From NCBI GenBank assembly GCA_964016885.1, contig OZ024743.1, positions 88,660,001 to 88,724,000 of the forward strand: 64,000 nucleotides of DNA, written 5' to 3'. Source of the DNA: Eledone cirrhosa (taxonomy: Eukaryota). The translations under genes and the position numbers were made by a program. Numbering within the stretch: the first letter of the stretch is position 1; each line of letters begins with the position of its first letter. Shown piece after piece: positions 13,101-27,121 of the stretch. The notes under the pieces were generated by a model that was not told the origin of the DNA, did no database searches, and was given only the letters and a program-made list of their open reading frames with translations.

Positions 13101-15270
13101 CTTTCTCTCATTCTCCTACCCCTTGATCTCCCTTTCTCTCATTCTCCTACCCCTTGATCTCTCATTTCCCAACCCTTGATCTCTCATTCTCCTACACCTT
13201 GATCTCTCATTCTCCTACCCCTTGATCTCTCATTCTCCTACCCCTTGATCTCTCTTTCTCTCATTCTCCTACCCCTTGATCTCTCTTTCTCTCATTCTCC
13301 TACCTCTTGATCTCCCTTTCTCTCATTCACCTACCCCTTGATCTCTCTTTCTCTCATTCTCCTACCCCTTGATCTCCCTTTCTCTCATTCCCCTACCCCT
13401 TGATCTCTCTTTCTCTCATTCTCCTACCCCTGATCTCCCTTTCTCTCATTCCCCTACCCCTTGATCTCTCTTTCTCTAATTCTCCTACCCCTTGATCTCT
13501 CTTTCTCTCATTCTCCTGCCCCTTGATCTCCATTTCTCTCATTCTCATACCCCTTGATCTCTCTTTCTCTCATTCTCCTACCCCTTGATCTTTCTTTCTC
13601 TCATTCTCCTACCCCTTGATCTCTCTTTCTCTCATTCTCCTACCCCTTGATCTCTCTTTCTCTTATTCTCCTATCCCTTAATCTCCCTTTCTCTCATTCA
13701 CCTACCCCTTGATCTCCCTTTCTCTCATTCTCCTACCCCTTGATCTCTCTCTCTCTCATTCTCTTACCCCTTGATCTCCCATTCTCTCATTCTCCTACAC
13801 CTTGATCTCTCATTCTCCTACCCCTTGATCTCTCTTTCTCTCATTCTCCTACCCCTTGATCTCTCTTTCTCTTATTCTCCTATCCCTTAATCTCCATTTC
13901 TCTCATTCTCCTACCCCTTGATCTCTCTTTCTCTCATTCTCCTACCCCTTGATCTCTCTTTCTCTCATTCTCCTACCCCTTGATCTCTCTTTCTCTCATT
14001 CTCCTACCCTTTGATCTCTCTTTCTCTTATTCTCCTACCCCTTGATCTCCCTTTCTCTCATTCTCCTACCCCTTGATCTCCCTTTCTCTCATTCTCCTAC
14101 CCCTTGATCTCTCTTTCTCTCATTCTCCTACCCCTTGATCTCCCATTCTCTCATTCTCCTACCCCTTGATCTCTCATTCTCCTACCCCTTGATCTCTCAT
14201 TCTCCTACCCCTTGATCTCTCTTTCTCTCATTCACCTACCCCTTGATCTCTCTTTCTCTCATTCTCCTACCCCTTGATCTCCCTTTCTCTCATTCCCCTA
14301 CCCCTTGATCTCTCTTTCTCTCATTCTCCTACCCCTTGATCTCCCTTTCTCTCATTCCCCTACCCCTTGATCTCTCTTTCTCTCATCTCCTACCCTTGAT
14401 CTCCCTTTCTCTTATTCTCCTACCCCTTGATCTCTCTTTCTCTCATTCTTCTACCCCTTGATCTCCATTTCTCTCATTCTCCTACCCCTTGATCTCCCTT
14501 TCTCTCATTCCCCTACCCCTTGATCTCCATTTCTCTCATTCCCCTACCCCTTGATCTCTCTTTCTCTCATTCTCCTACCCCTTGATCTCCCTTTCTCTTA
14601 TTCTCCTACCCCTTGATCTCTCATTCTCCTACCAATTGATCTCTCATTCTCCTACCCCTTGATCTCTCTTTCTCTCATTCTCCTACCCCTTGATCTCTCT
14701 TTCTCTCATTCCCCTACCCCTTGATCTCTCTTTCTCTCATTCTCCTAGCCCTTGATCTCTCTTTCCCTCATTCTCCTACCCCTTGATCTCCCTTTCTCTC
14801 ATTCTCTTACCCCTTGATCTCCCTTTCTCTCACTCTCCTACCCCTTGATCTCTCATTTCCCAACCCTTGATCTCTCATTCTCCTACCCCTTGATCTCTCT
14901 TTCTCTCATTCTCCTACCCCTTGATCTCTCTTTCTCTCATTCTCCTACCCCTTGATCTCTCTTTCTCTCATTCTCCTACCCCCTTGATCTCTCTTTCTCT
15001 TATTCTCCTACCCCTTGATCTCTCTTTCTCTCATTCTCCTACCCCTTCATCTCTCTTTCTCTCATTCTCCTGCCCCTTGATCTCTCTTTCTCTTATTCTC
15101 CTACCCCTTTATCTCTCTTTCTCTCATTCTCCTACCCCTTGATCTCTCTTTCTCTCATTCTCCTACCCCTTGCTCTCTCTTTTTCTCATTCTCCTACCCC
15201 TTGATCTCTCTTTCTCTCATTCTCCTACCACTTGATCTCTCATTCTCATACCGCTTGATCTCTCTTTCTC
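7140..15270. repeat. Polypyrimidine satellite A, 31-bp unit ccccttgatctctctttctctcattctccta (with ~22-23-bp deletion variant), ~8.1 kb
   Basis: Direct tandem periodicity. Variant markers recur at a 1344-bp offset (9591/10935, 10193/11537). Confidence 0.97.
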
Positions 15271-18200
15271 TCATTCTCCCATTGTTCTCTCTTTCTCTTG
15301 CTCTCCTTTCTCACATTCTCCTCCTCTTCCTCTCTCTTTCTCTTGCTCTCCTTTCTCTCATTCTCCTCCCCTTTCTCTCTCTTTCTCTTGCTCTCCTTTC
15401 TCTCGTTCTCCCCCCCCCCCCCCCCCACCCCTGCTCTCCCTTTCTCTCATTCTCCTCTCCAATCTTTTTCTCTTGCTCTCCTTTCTCTCGTTCTCCCCCT
15501 TTCTCTCTCTTTCTCTTGCTCTCCTTCCCCCCATGCTCTCCCTTTCTCTCATTCTCCTCCCCTTTCTCTTTCTCTTGCTCTCCTTTCTCATTATCCCCTC
15601 TTTCTCTCTCTTTCTCTTGCTCTCCTTTCTCTCGTTCTACCCCCCTTCTCTCTCTTTCTCTTGCTCTCCTTTCTCTCGTTCTCCCCCATTTCTCTTTCTC
15701 TTGCTCCCCTTTCTCTCATTCTACCCCCCTTCTCTCTCTTTTTTCTTGCTCTCCTTTCTCTCGTTCTCCCCCATTTCTCTTTCTCTTGCTCTCCTTTCTC
15801 TCGTTCTCCCCCATTTCTCTTTCTCTTGCTCTCCTTTCTCTCATTCTCCCCTTTCTCTCTCATTCTCCCCCTTTCTCTCTCTTTCTCTTGCTCTCCTTTC
15901 TCTCGTTCTCCCCCCCCTTTGTTCTCTTTCTCTTGCTCTCCTTTCTCACATTCTCCTCCTCTTCCTCTCTCTTTCTCTTGCTCTCCTTTCTCTCATTCTC
16001 CCCCCCCCCCCCTCTCTCTTTCTCTTGCTCTCCTTTCTCTCGTTCTCCTCCCCCTTGCTCTCCCTTTCTCTCATTCTCCTCTCCAATCTTTTTCTCTTGC
16101 TCTCCTTTCTATCGTTCTCCCCCTTTCTCTCTCTTTCTCTTGCTCTCCTTTCTCTCGTTCTACCCCCCTTCTCTCTCTTTCTCTTGCTCTCCTTTCTCTC
16201 GTTCTCCCCCATTTCTCTTTCTCTTGCTTTCCTTTCTCTCATTCTCCCCTTTCTCTCTCATTCTCCCCCTTTCTCTCTCTTTCTCTTGCTCTCCTTTCTC
16301 TCGTTCTCCCCCCCCTTTTTCTCTCTTTCTCTTACTCTCCTTTCTCATATTATCGCCCCTTTCTCTCTCTTTCTCTTGCTCTCCTTTCTCACATTCTCCT
16401 CCTCTTCCTCTCTCTTTCTCTTGCTCTCCTTTCTCTCATTCTCCTCCCCCTTCTCTCTCTTTCTCTTGCTCTCCTTTCTCTCGTTCACCTCCCCCTTGCT
16501 CTCCCTTTCTCTCATTCTCCTCTCCAATCTTTTTCTCTTGCTCTCGTTCTCCCCCTTTCTCTCACTTTCTCTTGTTCTCCTTTCCCTCGCCCCCCATGCT
16601 CTCCCTTTCTCTCATTCTCCCCCCTTTCTCTTTCTCTTGCTCTCCTTTCTCATTATCCCCCCTTTCTCTCTCTTTCTCTTGCTCTCCTTTCTCTCATTCT
16701 CCCCCATTCTCTCTCTTTCTCTTGCTCTCATTTCTCTCGTTCTCCCCCATTTCTCTTTCTCTTGCTCTCCTTTCTCTCATTCTCCCCTTTCTCTCTCATT
16801 CTCCCCCTTTCTCTCTCTTTCTCTTGCTCTCCTTTCTCTCGTTCTCCCCCCCTGTTCTCTCTTTCTCTTGCTCTCCTTTCTCATATTCTCGCCCCTTTCT
16901 CTCTCTTTCTCTTGCTCTCCTTTCTCTCTTTCTCCACCCTTTCTCTCTCCTTCTCTTGCTCTCCTTTCTTTCGTTCTCCCCCTTTCTCTTTCTCTTGCTC
17001 TCCTTTCTCTCGTTCCCCCTCTTTCTCTCTCTTTCTCTTGCTCTCCTTTCTCACATTCTCCTCCTCTTCCTCTCCTTTCTCACATTCTCCTCCTCTTCCT
17101 CTCTCTTTCTCTTGCTCTCCTTTCTTTCATTCTCCTCCCCTTTCTCTCTCTTTCTCTTGCTCTCCTTTCTCTCGTTCTCCTCCCCCTTGCTCTCCCTTTC
17201 TCTCATTCTCCTCTCCAATCTTTTTCTCTGCTCTCCTTTCTCTCGTTCTCCCCCTTTCTCTCTCTTTCTCTTCCCCCCATGCTCTCCCTTTCTCTCATTC
17301 TCCTCCCCTTTCTCTTTCTCTTGCTTTCCTTTCTCATTATCCCCCCCCCCCTTTCTCTGTCTTTCTCTTGCTCTCCTTTCTCTCATTCTCCCCCCTCTCT
17401 CTCTCCTTCTCTTGCTCTCCTTTCTCTCGTTCTACCCCTCTCTTTCTCTTGCTCTCCTTTCTCTCGTTCTCCCCCTTTCTTTTTCTCTTGTTCTCCTTTC
17501 TCTCGTTCTCCCCTCTTTCTCTCTATTTCTCTTGCTCTCCTTTCTCTCATTATCGCCCTTTCTCTCTCTTTCTTTTGCTCTCCTTTCTCTCATTCTCCCC
17601 TTTCTCTCTCTTTCTCTTGCTCTCCTTTCTCTCATTCTCCCCCTTTCTCTCTCATTCTCTTGCTCTCCTTTCTCTCATTCTCCACCCTTTTCTCTCTTTC
17701 TCTTGCTCTCCTTTCTCTCGTTCTCCCCCCTTTCTCTCTCTATCTCTTGCTCTCCTTTCTCTCTCTTTCTCTTGCTCTCCTTTCTCTCATTCTCCCCCTT
17801 TCTCTCTCTTTCTCTTTCTCTTGCTCTCCTTTCTCTCATTCTCCCCCATTTCTCTCTCTTTCTCACGCTCTCCTTTCTCTCGTTCTCCCTTTTCTCTCTC
17901 TTTCTCTTGCTCTCCTTTCTCTCATTCTCCCCCCTTTCTCTCTCTTTCTCTTGCTCTCCTTTCTCTCATTGTCCTCCATTTCTCTCTCTTTCTCTTGCCC
18001 TCCTTTCTCTCATTCTCCCCCATTTCTCTCTCTTTCTCTTGCTCTCCTTTCTCTCGTTCTCCCCCTTTCTCTTTCTCTTGCCTTCCTTTCTCTCGTCCCC
18101 CCTTTTCTCTCTCTTTCTCTTGCTCTCCTTTCTCTTTCTCTTGCTATCCTTTCTCTCATTCTCCCCCCTTTCTCTTTCTCTTTCTCTTGCCCTCCTTTCT

Positions 18201-21200
18201 CTTGTGCTCCCCCCTTCTCTTGTGCTCTCCCCTTTCTCTCTCTTTATCTTGCTCTCATTTCTCTCGTTCTCCCTTCTTTCTCTTTCTCTTGCTCTCCTTT
18301 CTCTCGTTCTCCCCCTTTCTCTTTCTCTTGCTCTCCTTTCTCTCATTCTCCCCCCTTTCTCTGTCTCTTTCTCTTGCCCCCCTTTCTCTTGTGCTCCCCC
18401 CTTCTCTCTCTATCTCTTTCTCTCCTTTCTCTCATTCTCCCCCCTTTCTCCTTCTCTTGCTCTCCTTTCTCTCGTTCTCCCTCATTTCTCTCTCTTTCTC
18501 TTGCTCTCTTTTAGCTCATTCTCCCCCTTTCTCTCTCTTTCTCTTGCTCCCCTTTCTCTTTCTCTTGCTATCCTTTCTCTCATTCTCCCCCCTTTCTCTT
18601 TCTCTTTCTCTTGCCCTCCTTTCTCTTGTGCTCCCCCCTTCTCTTGTGCTCTCCCCTTTCTCTCTCTTTATCTTGCTCTCATTTCTCTCGTTCTCCCTTC
18701 TTTCTCTTTCTCTTGCTCTCCTTTCTCTCGTTCTCCCCCTTTCTCTTTCTCTTGCTCTCCTTTCTCTCATTCTCCCCCCTTTCTCTGTCTCTTTCTCTTG
18801 CCCTCCTTTCTCCTGTGCTCCCCCCTTTCTCTTGTGCTCCCCCCTTCTCTCTCTATCTCTTGCTCTCCTTTCTCTCATTCTCCCCCCTTTCTCTTTCTCT
18901 TGCTCTCCTTTCTCTCGTTCTCCCCCATTTCTCTCTCTTTCTCTTGCTCTCCTTTCTCTCGTTCTCCCCCTTTCTATTTCTCTTGCCTTACTTTCTCTCG
19001 TCCCCCCTTTTCTCTCTCTTTCTCTTGCTCTCCTTTCTCTTTCTCTTGCTATCCTTTCTCTCATTCTCCCCCTTTCTCTTTCTCTTTCTCTTGCCCTCCT
19101 TTCTCTTGTGCTCCCCCCTTCTCTTGTGCTCTCCCCTTTCTCTCTCTTTCTCTTGCTCTCCTTTCTCTCGTTCTCCCTTCTTTCTCTTTCTCTTGCTCTC
19201 CTTTCTCTCGTTCTCCCCCTTTCTCTTTCTCTTGCTCTCCTTTCTCTCATTCTCCCCCTTTCTCTGTCTCTTTCTCTTGCCCTCCTTTCTCCTGTGCTCC
19301 CCCCTTTCTCTTGTGCTCCCCTCTTCTCTCTCTATCTCTTGCTCTCCTTTCTCTCATTCTCCCCCCTTTCTCTTTCTCTTGCTCTCCTTTCTCTCGTTCT
19401 CCCCCATTTCTCTCTCTTTCTCTTGCTCTCTTTTAGCTCATTCTCCCCCTTTCTCTCTCTTTCTCTTGCTCCCCTTTCTCTTTCTCTTGCTATCCTTTCT
19501 CTCATTCTCCCCCCTTTCTCTTTCTCTTTCTCTTGCCCTCCTTTCTCTTGTGCTCCCCCCTTCTCTTGTGCTCTCCCCTTTCTCTCTCTTTATCTTGCTC
19601 TCATTTCTCTCGTTCTCCCTTCTTTCTCTTTCTCTTGCTCTCCTTTCTCTCGTTCTCCCCCTTTCTCTTTCTCTTGCTCTCCTTTCTCTCATTCTCCCCC
19701 TTTTTCTGTCTCTTTCTCTTGCCCTCCTTTCTCCTGTGCTCCCCCCTTTCTCTTGTGCTCCCCCCTTCTCTCTCTATCTCTTGCTCTCCTTTCTCTCATT
19801 CTCCCCCTTTCTCTTTCTCTTGCTCTCCTTTCTCTCGTTCTCCCTCATTTCTCTCTCTTTCTCTTGCTCTCCTTTCTCTCGTTCTCCCCCTTTCTCTTTC
19901 TCTTGCCTTCCTTTCTCTCGTCCCCCCTTTTCTCTCTCTTTCTCTTGCTCTCCTTTCTCTTTCTCTTGCTATCCTTTCTCTCATTCTCCCCCCTTTCTCT
20001 TTCTCTTTCTCTTGCCCTCCTTTCTCTTGTGCTCCCCCCTTCTCTTGTGCTCTCCCCTTTCTCTCTCTTTATCTTGCTCTCATTTCTCTCGTTCTCCCTT
20101 CTTTCTCTTTCTCTTGCTCTCCTTTCTCTCGTTCTCCCCCTTTCTCTTTCTCTTGCTCTCCTTTCTCTCATTCTCCCCCCTTTCTCTGTCTCTTTCTCTT
20201 GCTCTCCTTTCTCCTGTGCTCCCCCCTTTCTCTTGTGCTCCCCCCTTCTCTCTCTATCTCTTGCTCTCCTTTCTCTCATTCTCCCCCCTTTCTCTTTCTC
20301 TTGCTCTCCTTTCTCTCGTTCTCCCCCATTTCTCTCTCTTTCTCTTGCTCTCTTTTAGCTCATTCTCCCCCTTTCTCTCTCTTTCTCTTGCTCCCCTTTC
20401 TCTTTCTCTTGCTATGCTTTCTCTCATTCTCCCCCTTTCTCTTTCTCTTTCTCTTGCCCTCCTTTCTCTTGTGCTCCCCCCTTCTCTTGTGCTCTCCCCT
20501 TTCTCTCTCTTTATCTTGCTCTCATTTCTCTCGTTCTCCCTTCTTTCTCTTTCTCTTGCTCTCCTTCCTCTCGTTCTCCCCCTTTCTCTTTCTCTTGCTC
20601 TCCTTTCTCTCATTCTCCCCCCTTTCTCTGTCTCTTTCTCTTGCCCTCCTTTCTCCTGTGCTCCCCCCTTTCTCTTGTGCTCCCCCCTTCTCTCTCTATC
20701 TCTTTCTCTCCTTTCTCTCATTCTCCCCCCTTTCTCTTTCTCTTGCTCTCCTTTCTCTCGTTCTCCCCCATTTCTCTCTCTTTCTCTTGCTCTCCTTTCT
20801 CTCGTTCTCCCCCTTTCTCTTTCTCTTGCTCTCCTTTCTCTCATTCTCCCCCCTTTTTCTGTCTCTTTCTCTTGCCCTCCTTTCTCCTGTGCTCCCCCCT
20901 TTCTCTTGTGCTCCCCCCTTCTCTCTCTATCTCTTGCTCTCCTTTCTCTCATTCTCCCCCTTTCTCTTTCTCTTGCTCTCCTTTCTCTCGTTCTCCCTCA
21001 TTTCTCTCTCTTTCTCTTGCTCTCCTTTCTCTCGTTCTCCCCCTTTCTCTTTCTCTTGCCTTCCTTTCTCTCGTTTTCCCTTTTCTCTCTCTTTATCTTG
21101 CTCTCATTTCTCTCGTTCTCCCTTCTTTCTCTTTCTCTTGCTCTCCTTTCTCTCGTTCTCCCCCTTTCTCTTTCTCTTGCTCTCCTTTCTCTCATTCTCC

Positions 21201-21800
21201 CCCCTTTCTCTGTGTCTTTCTCTTGCCCTCCTCTCTCCTGTGCTCCCCCCTTTCTCTTGTGCTCCCCCCTTCTCTCTCTATCTCTTGCTCTCCTTTCTCT
21301 CATTCTCCCCCCTTTCTCTTTCTCTTGCTCTCCTTTCTCTCGTTCTCCCCCATTTCTCTTTCTTTCTCTTGCTCTCTTTTAGCTCATTCTCCCCCTTTCT
21401 CTCTCTTTCTCTTGCCCTCCTTTCTCTCATTCTCCCCCATTTCTCTCTCTTTCTCTTGCTCTCCTTTCTCTCGTTCTCCCCCCCCCCATTTCTCTCTCTT
21501 TCTCTTGCTGTTCTTTCTCTCATTCTCCCTCCTTTCTCTTTCTCTTGCTCTCCTTTCTCTCATTCTCCCCCATTTCTCTCTCTTTCTCTTTCTCTCGTTC
21601 TCCCCCCCCATTTCTCTCTCTTTCTCTTGCTGTCCTTTCTCTCATTCTCCCTCCTTTCTCTTTCTCTTGCTCTCCTTTCTCTCATTATCCCCCTTTCTCT
21701 CTCTTTCTTTTGCTCTCATTTCTCTCATTCTCCCCCTTTTCTCTCTCTTTCTCTTGCTCTCATTTCTCTCGTTCTCTTCCACCTTGCTCTCTGTTTCTCT
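15271..21800. repeat. Polypyrimidine satellite B, ~38-45-bp unit tttctcttgctctcctttctctc(a/g)ttctccccc, ~6.5 kb
   Basis: Tandem periodicity. The marker ttagctcatt at 18511, 19433, 20355 and 21379 gives a 922-bp higher-order unit. Confidence 0.95.
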
Positions 21801-22769
21801 TAGCCTTCTTCCAAAGACACTTATACAAGGTGGCATGCAGTTAAATAGAACCTGTAACCAGAAAGTTGTGAATCAAACTTCTTAACCACATAGCTAAGCC
21901 TGCACATAGGATCATGTGACCATTATGTCATATTACATGATATCACATGATATCACAAGATATTATAATAGTTAACCCTAGATGTTATGCTAACATCCCA
22001 CATCACATAGTATCACTGTAGATATATCTATATGCAGTCACATGATATTACACGATTCATTAAAAAACAAATATTGTATTGTGTTACATGATATCACAGG
22101 ATATCTCATAATATTACAGTAGATATGCTGAGTCATATATTATGTCACATCAGATACATGTTATGTGGTATTTAGTCGTGACACAGTAGTGTACGTCACA
22201 GCACATCACAGCACGTTACAGCATGTCACATATATACAAACATACATACATATATATATACATATATACAGACATATTCATACATATATACATACATACA
22301 TATATACATATATACAAACATACATATATACATACATATATACACACACACACATACATACATATACACATCCATATACACATATATACATACATCATAC
22401 ATCATACATCATACATCATCATCAGCCTACAATAACTTCAACCTCTCTTTTACTGACACAATTGGAGAATTATCAGACATGGTGATACAATAATGGAGTT
22501 TGTGGATATATAATATATATATATATCATCATCATCATCGTCATCATTGTTTAACGTCTATCTTCCACGCTAGCATGGGTTTATATATATATATATTATT
22601 TATATGATGGGAGGGTGGGGGTGAGAAAAGAGAAGGAGAAAGTCAAGATATTAGATAGGTAGCTATGATGGTGGTAGTGGTGGTGGTGGTGGTATTGTTG
22701 GTACTGGTGATGGGGTTGGTTGTGGTAGTGATGGTAGTGTTCATAGTAGTGTTAATGGTAGTGATGGTG

Positions 22770-23143
22770 GTAGTAGTGAGGCCGATGGTAGTCACGGTGG
22801 TGGTGGTGGTGGTGGTGAGGCTGGCGGTAGTCACGGTGGTGGTGGTGGTGGTGAGGCTGGCGGTAGTCACGGTGGTGGTGGTAGTAGTAAGGCCGATGGT
22901 AGTCACGGTGGTGGTGGTGGTAGTGAGGTTGGCGGTAGTCACGGTGGTGGTGGTGGTGGTAGTAGTGAGGCCGATGGTAGTCACGGTGGTGGTGGTGGTA
23001 GTAGTGAGGCTGGCGGTAGTCACGGTGGTGGTGGTGGTGGTAGTAGTGAGGCCGATGGTAGTCACGGTGGTGGTGGTGGTAGTAGTGAGGCTGGCGGTAG
23101 TCACGGTGGTGGTGGTGGTGGTAGTAGTGAGGCCGATGGTAGT

Positions 23144-23175
<32 letters not shown>

Positions 23176-23805
23176 TGAGGCTGGCGGTAGTCACGGTGGT
23201 GGTGGTGGTGGTGGTGGTAGTAGTGAGGCTGGCGGTAGTCACGGTGGTGGTGGTGGTGGTGGTATTGTCGATAATAAGGCAGTGGTAAACACTTGTATTG
23301 ATCTCTGTAGCAGTACCATCACTACCATCAGCCTCATTACTACCACCACCACCACCACCACCACCGTGACTACCATCGGCCTCACTACTACCACCACCAC
23401 CACCACCGTGACTACCATCGGCCTCACCACCACCACCACCACCACCACCGTGACTACCATCGGCCTCACTACTACCACCACCACCACCACCGTGACTACC
23501 GCCAGCCTCACTACCACCACCACCACCGTGACTACCATCGGCCTCACTACTACCACCACCACCACCACTGTGACTACCGCCAGCCTCACTACCACCACCA
23601 CCACCGTGACTACCATCGGCCTCACTACTACCACCACCACCACCACTGTGACTACCGCCAGCCTCACTACCACCACCACCACCGTGACTACCATCGGCCT
23701 CACTACTACCACCACCACCACCACCGTGACTACCGCCAGCCTCACTACTACCACCACCACCACCACCGTGACTACCGCCAGCCTCACTACTACCACCACC
23801 ACCAT
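22770..23805. repeat. Inverted pair of (GGT)n-based minisatellite arrays around a ~60-bp spacer
   Basis: Units gtgaggccgatggtagtcacggtggtg / gtgaggctggcggtagtcacgg at 22770-23260; reverse complements at 23320-23805. Confidence 0.92.
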
Positions 23806-24061
23806 CTTTACATATTGTTAATCAACTAACATTTGATTAGGACAAAACAATTTACTCACAGATTCAACACTTATTGCCCCCCCCCCATCAACATCCCCGT
23901 CATCACCACCATCACCTCTCCTAACTGCCACTGCCGCCCCCACCATTTTACCCCACTACCACCACTGCCACCACCACAGTCTCTACTACCACTACTAGTA
24001 CAACTATTACCCCCGCCACCACCACAGTCTCTACTACCACTACTAGTACAACTACTACTAT

Positions 24062-24114
<53 letters not shown>

Positions 24115-24529
24115 TTATTTTCATTCATTCTTCCTCTCCTGCTCCCCTCCTTCATTCTCTAATTTATTCACAGCCCTCCCACCCTCCTCTCTCAATCGCT
24201 ACCCTCCTCCTCTCACTCAATCGTTTTCCTTCCCCTTTCTTTCAAACGCTCTCTTTCTTCCTCTCTCAATAGTTCTCCTCCTCTCCCCCATTCGATCTCC
24301 TCCTCCCCTCTCTCAGTAGCTCTCCCTCTCTTCTCTCTTAATCACTCTCCTCCTCCTCTCTCTTAATCACTCTCTTCCTCTCTCTCTTAATCACTCTCCC
24401 CCTCCTCTCTCACAACCTCAACCCTCATTCCTCCCCCTCCCCCAGCCATCTCACCAGCCAACCTGACTGACAGCAGCCTCCCTGTAGACATCTTCTAGAA
24501 AGTGTGAGTGCTGCTGCAATAGTCACAAT

Positions 24530-25061
24530 CAACTATCAACTACAACACAGCTACACACACACACACACAGTCACACACACACAGTCACACACACACAGTC
24601 ATACACACATATACACACAACCACAAACTGCCACACACACAGCCATACATACACAGCCACATACACACAGCCACACACACATAGCCATACCTATATACAC
24701 ACACACAGCCACATTCAGCCACACACACAGCCATACACACAGTTACACACACACAGCCACGCACATATATACACAAAGACATAAACAGCTACACACACAC
24801 ACACAGTCACACACACACAGTCATACACACATATACACACAACTACAAACAGCCACACACACAGCCATACATACACACAGTCACATACACAGCCATACAC
24901 ACAGCCACATGCACACAGCCACACACACATAGCCATACCTATATACACACACATAGCCACATTCAGCCACACACACAGCCATACACACAGTTACACACAC
25001 ACAGCCACGCACATATATACACAAAGACATAAACAGCTACACACACACACACAGTCACAGT

Positions 25062-25093
<32 letters not shown>

Positions 25094-25200
25094 CCCCCCC
25101 TCATACAACCACACATACAGAGCCATACACTATCACACAGCCATAAACATAGCCACACTCACACAGCTACTTACACACAAGCACACATATACACAGTCTC
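24530..25200. repeat. CA-rich compound repeat with ~248-bp tandem duplication
   Basis: acaaagacataaacagctac at 24773 and 25021 with colinear flanks. Confidence 0.8.
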
Positions 25201-25320
25201 CCCCCCCTCCATCTATTTCCACTCTATATGTTGTGGTGGCAAGGGAATTTGTTTTGGTGACTAATTTTTCAAGGTTTCCGATGAATTAACACCTGAACAG
25301 AGTGTTTTCCTCTTCCACAG

Positions 25321-25393
25321 GTGTGCAGCCCTGACTGTTGCTGTGATAGTCTGTTGCAAGACAAGGAAAGAACGGCAGCAGAAGCAGCAGTAG
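25321..25393 (+). CDS. Candidate terminal coding exon of a membrane protein (..CAALTVAVIVCCKTRKERQQKQQ*)
   Basis: Strong acceptor ttttcctcttccacag|G. The phase-1 reading gives a hydrophobic helix end, CC, a basic stop-transfer segment and TAG. No upstream exon identified. Confidence 0.42.
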
Positions 25394-26599
25394 CAACAGC
25401 AGCAGCAGTAGCAACAGCAGTAGCAGCAGTAACAGTAGCAGCAGCAGCGACAGCAGCAGCACCACCACCACCACCACCACCACCAGCACTAGTCTATTTT
25501 GCTGTCACACGTTTTACTTACACACATGTATATTATTCCTAAGACATACCTGTTGAGTTAATCGACAGACTCTAAAGTTAAACGGCTCCATTCTCACATA
25601 TATTGGACAGCATCAGTAATAACACATGCAGCAGTCGTTGCTTTTATTGTGCATCTGTGTAGAAATGCACCAAAAACAAGTGATTAATCTGCACCGGTGA
25701 TTTTATTTCAAAAGATTTGGATATTTTTAATGGATTCATATGGATTACACAACATATCACACAGAACTACTTGTGACCCATCCATAAAGGTTTGTTGGTT
25801 TTTTTCACTCTTATTTGGTGTGCATGTTGGTGTTATCTTCTTCTTCTTCTTCTTCTTCCCCACCCCTCCCGAAGAAAGGACCAATTCTAGCGACAAAGGG
25901 AAGTATTTTTCTAAGTCAAACCCTGAATAATTTTATTCTACATGTGAACAATGTATTTATATAATACAGTACATCACTTCCTTTACCAACATGAACTAAT
26001 CTTATATTTACCATTTCCTGAAAAACCTTATTCAATATTCAATCTTTTTTGCTCTCTTCTGGGGTAACACATTCACAGTTATGTCCACTGGGACCTTGAG
26101 GCAACATCTATCTCATGTTTTACAAAGGACATGATATGGTTGTACTACCAATTGATGGTTTAGATTACAGTTTGGTTTTTGGTATATTCTTAACAATATA
26201 TTCTCCATATGCTTATTTCAATTTGCTGTGTGTAATCTGTCTTAGAATAGCTACACTGTATTCTTGCATGTCATGTATGTATGGACTTGTGACTCTCGGT
26301 GGAGTCAAAGGGATACCATAATGACATATGGCATTTCTTGAGCCTTTTCTAAACCTGGTGGAGCTCATCCCTGCTATACAGTTGTTTTCTTCCTTCCAGA
26401 GAAATAAAGAGAGAGTAAAAGATAGGAAGTGGGGAAAGAGATAAAGATGAAGATTCAACCTTAGTACTGGACTGGTCATTTTTTTATTGACTTTGAAAAG
26501 ATGAAAAACAAAATAGACCTCGGTGGAATTTGAACTCTGTTCACAAAGAGCCAACCTCAAAAGACAGTAAAATCACTTAACCTTTGACTCTACAAAATA

Positions 26600-26885
26600 C
26601 TTCAGCATAGTCACTGCATTCATCTCTCTCACTCTCCCTATCTCTCACTATTATAAGCAAATGGGGGTCCATGACCTGGCTGCCCCGCAGCAGACAGAAT
26701 AGAAAAGGTAATTCCCGGAGGATGGTGAGGGAGACGCATTGGAAGAGCCATTCTATCTTGCAAGGCTCACACATGTGGGTAGCCAACTCCATGCCAATGG
26801 CACTGAGTAGGGAGGTGATTCTAGGACTAAGAACACCTGAAGTCTCCACTGTTACGGGCTTCACTACAAACCTGTTGGAGAGGAA
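26600..26885 (-). mobile_element. C-terminal fragment of an RLE-type non-LTR retrotransposon (CRE-like)
   Basis: PVTVETSGVLSP..LLSAIG.EL..EP...WLFQCVSLTILR resembles the CRE-clade C-terminus P.AVET.G..G....L....G......EP....L.QR.S.AI.RGN. Confidence 0.65.
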
Positions 26886-27121
26886 CCAATAAAATTCAAT
26901 GTTGACCCTCAGTGGGATGTGAACTCAGTGAGAACTGGTAGAAAATATGCCACAAAGCATTCTACCCAACATTCTCAGCACTCTGTCAATTCACCATCTA
27001 TGTTTATTTCAATAATTTTATTCAAAAACTTAATCATATTTCATATGTTACATCTCTCATAGAAGTACCAATGTGAATACTAAGTTGTGTCGATGTTTGT
27101 CCAAATCTGGTGGAATGTTAT

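Noticed and set aside
15201-21885. Very long ORFs (up to 1686 aa, L/S/F/P-rich)
   Set aside because: They are open in all three frames only because satellite B almost lacks stop codons; there is no protein signal.
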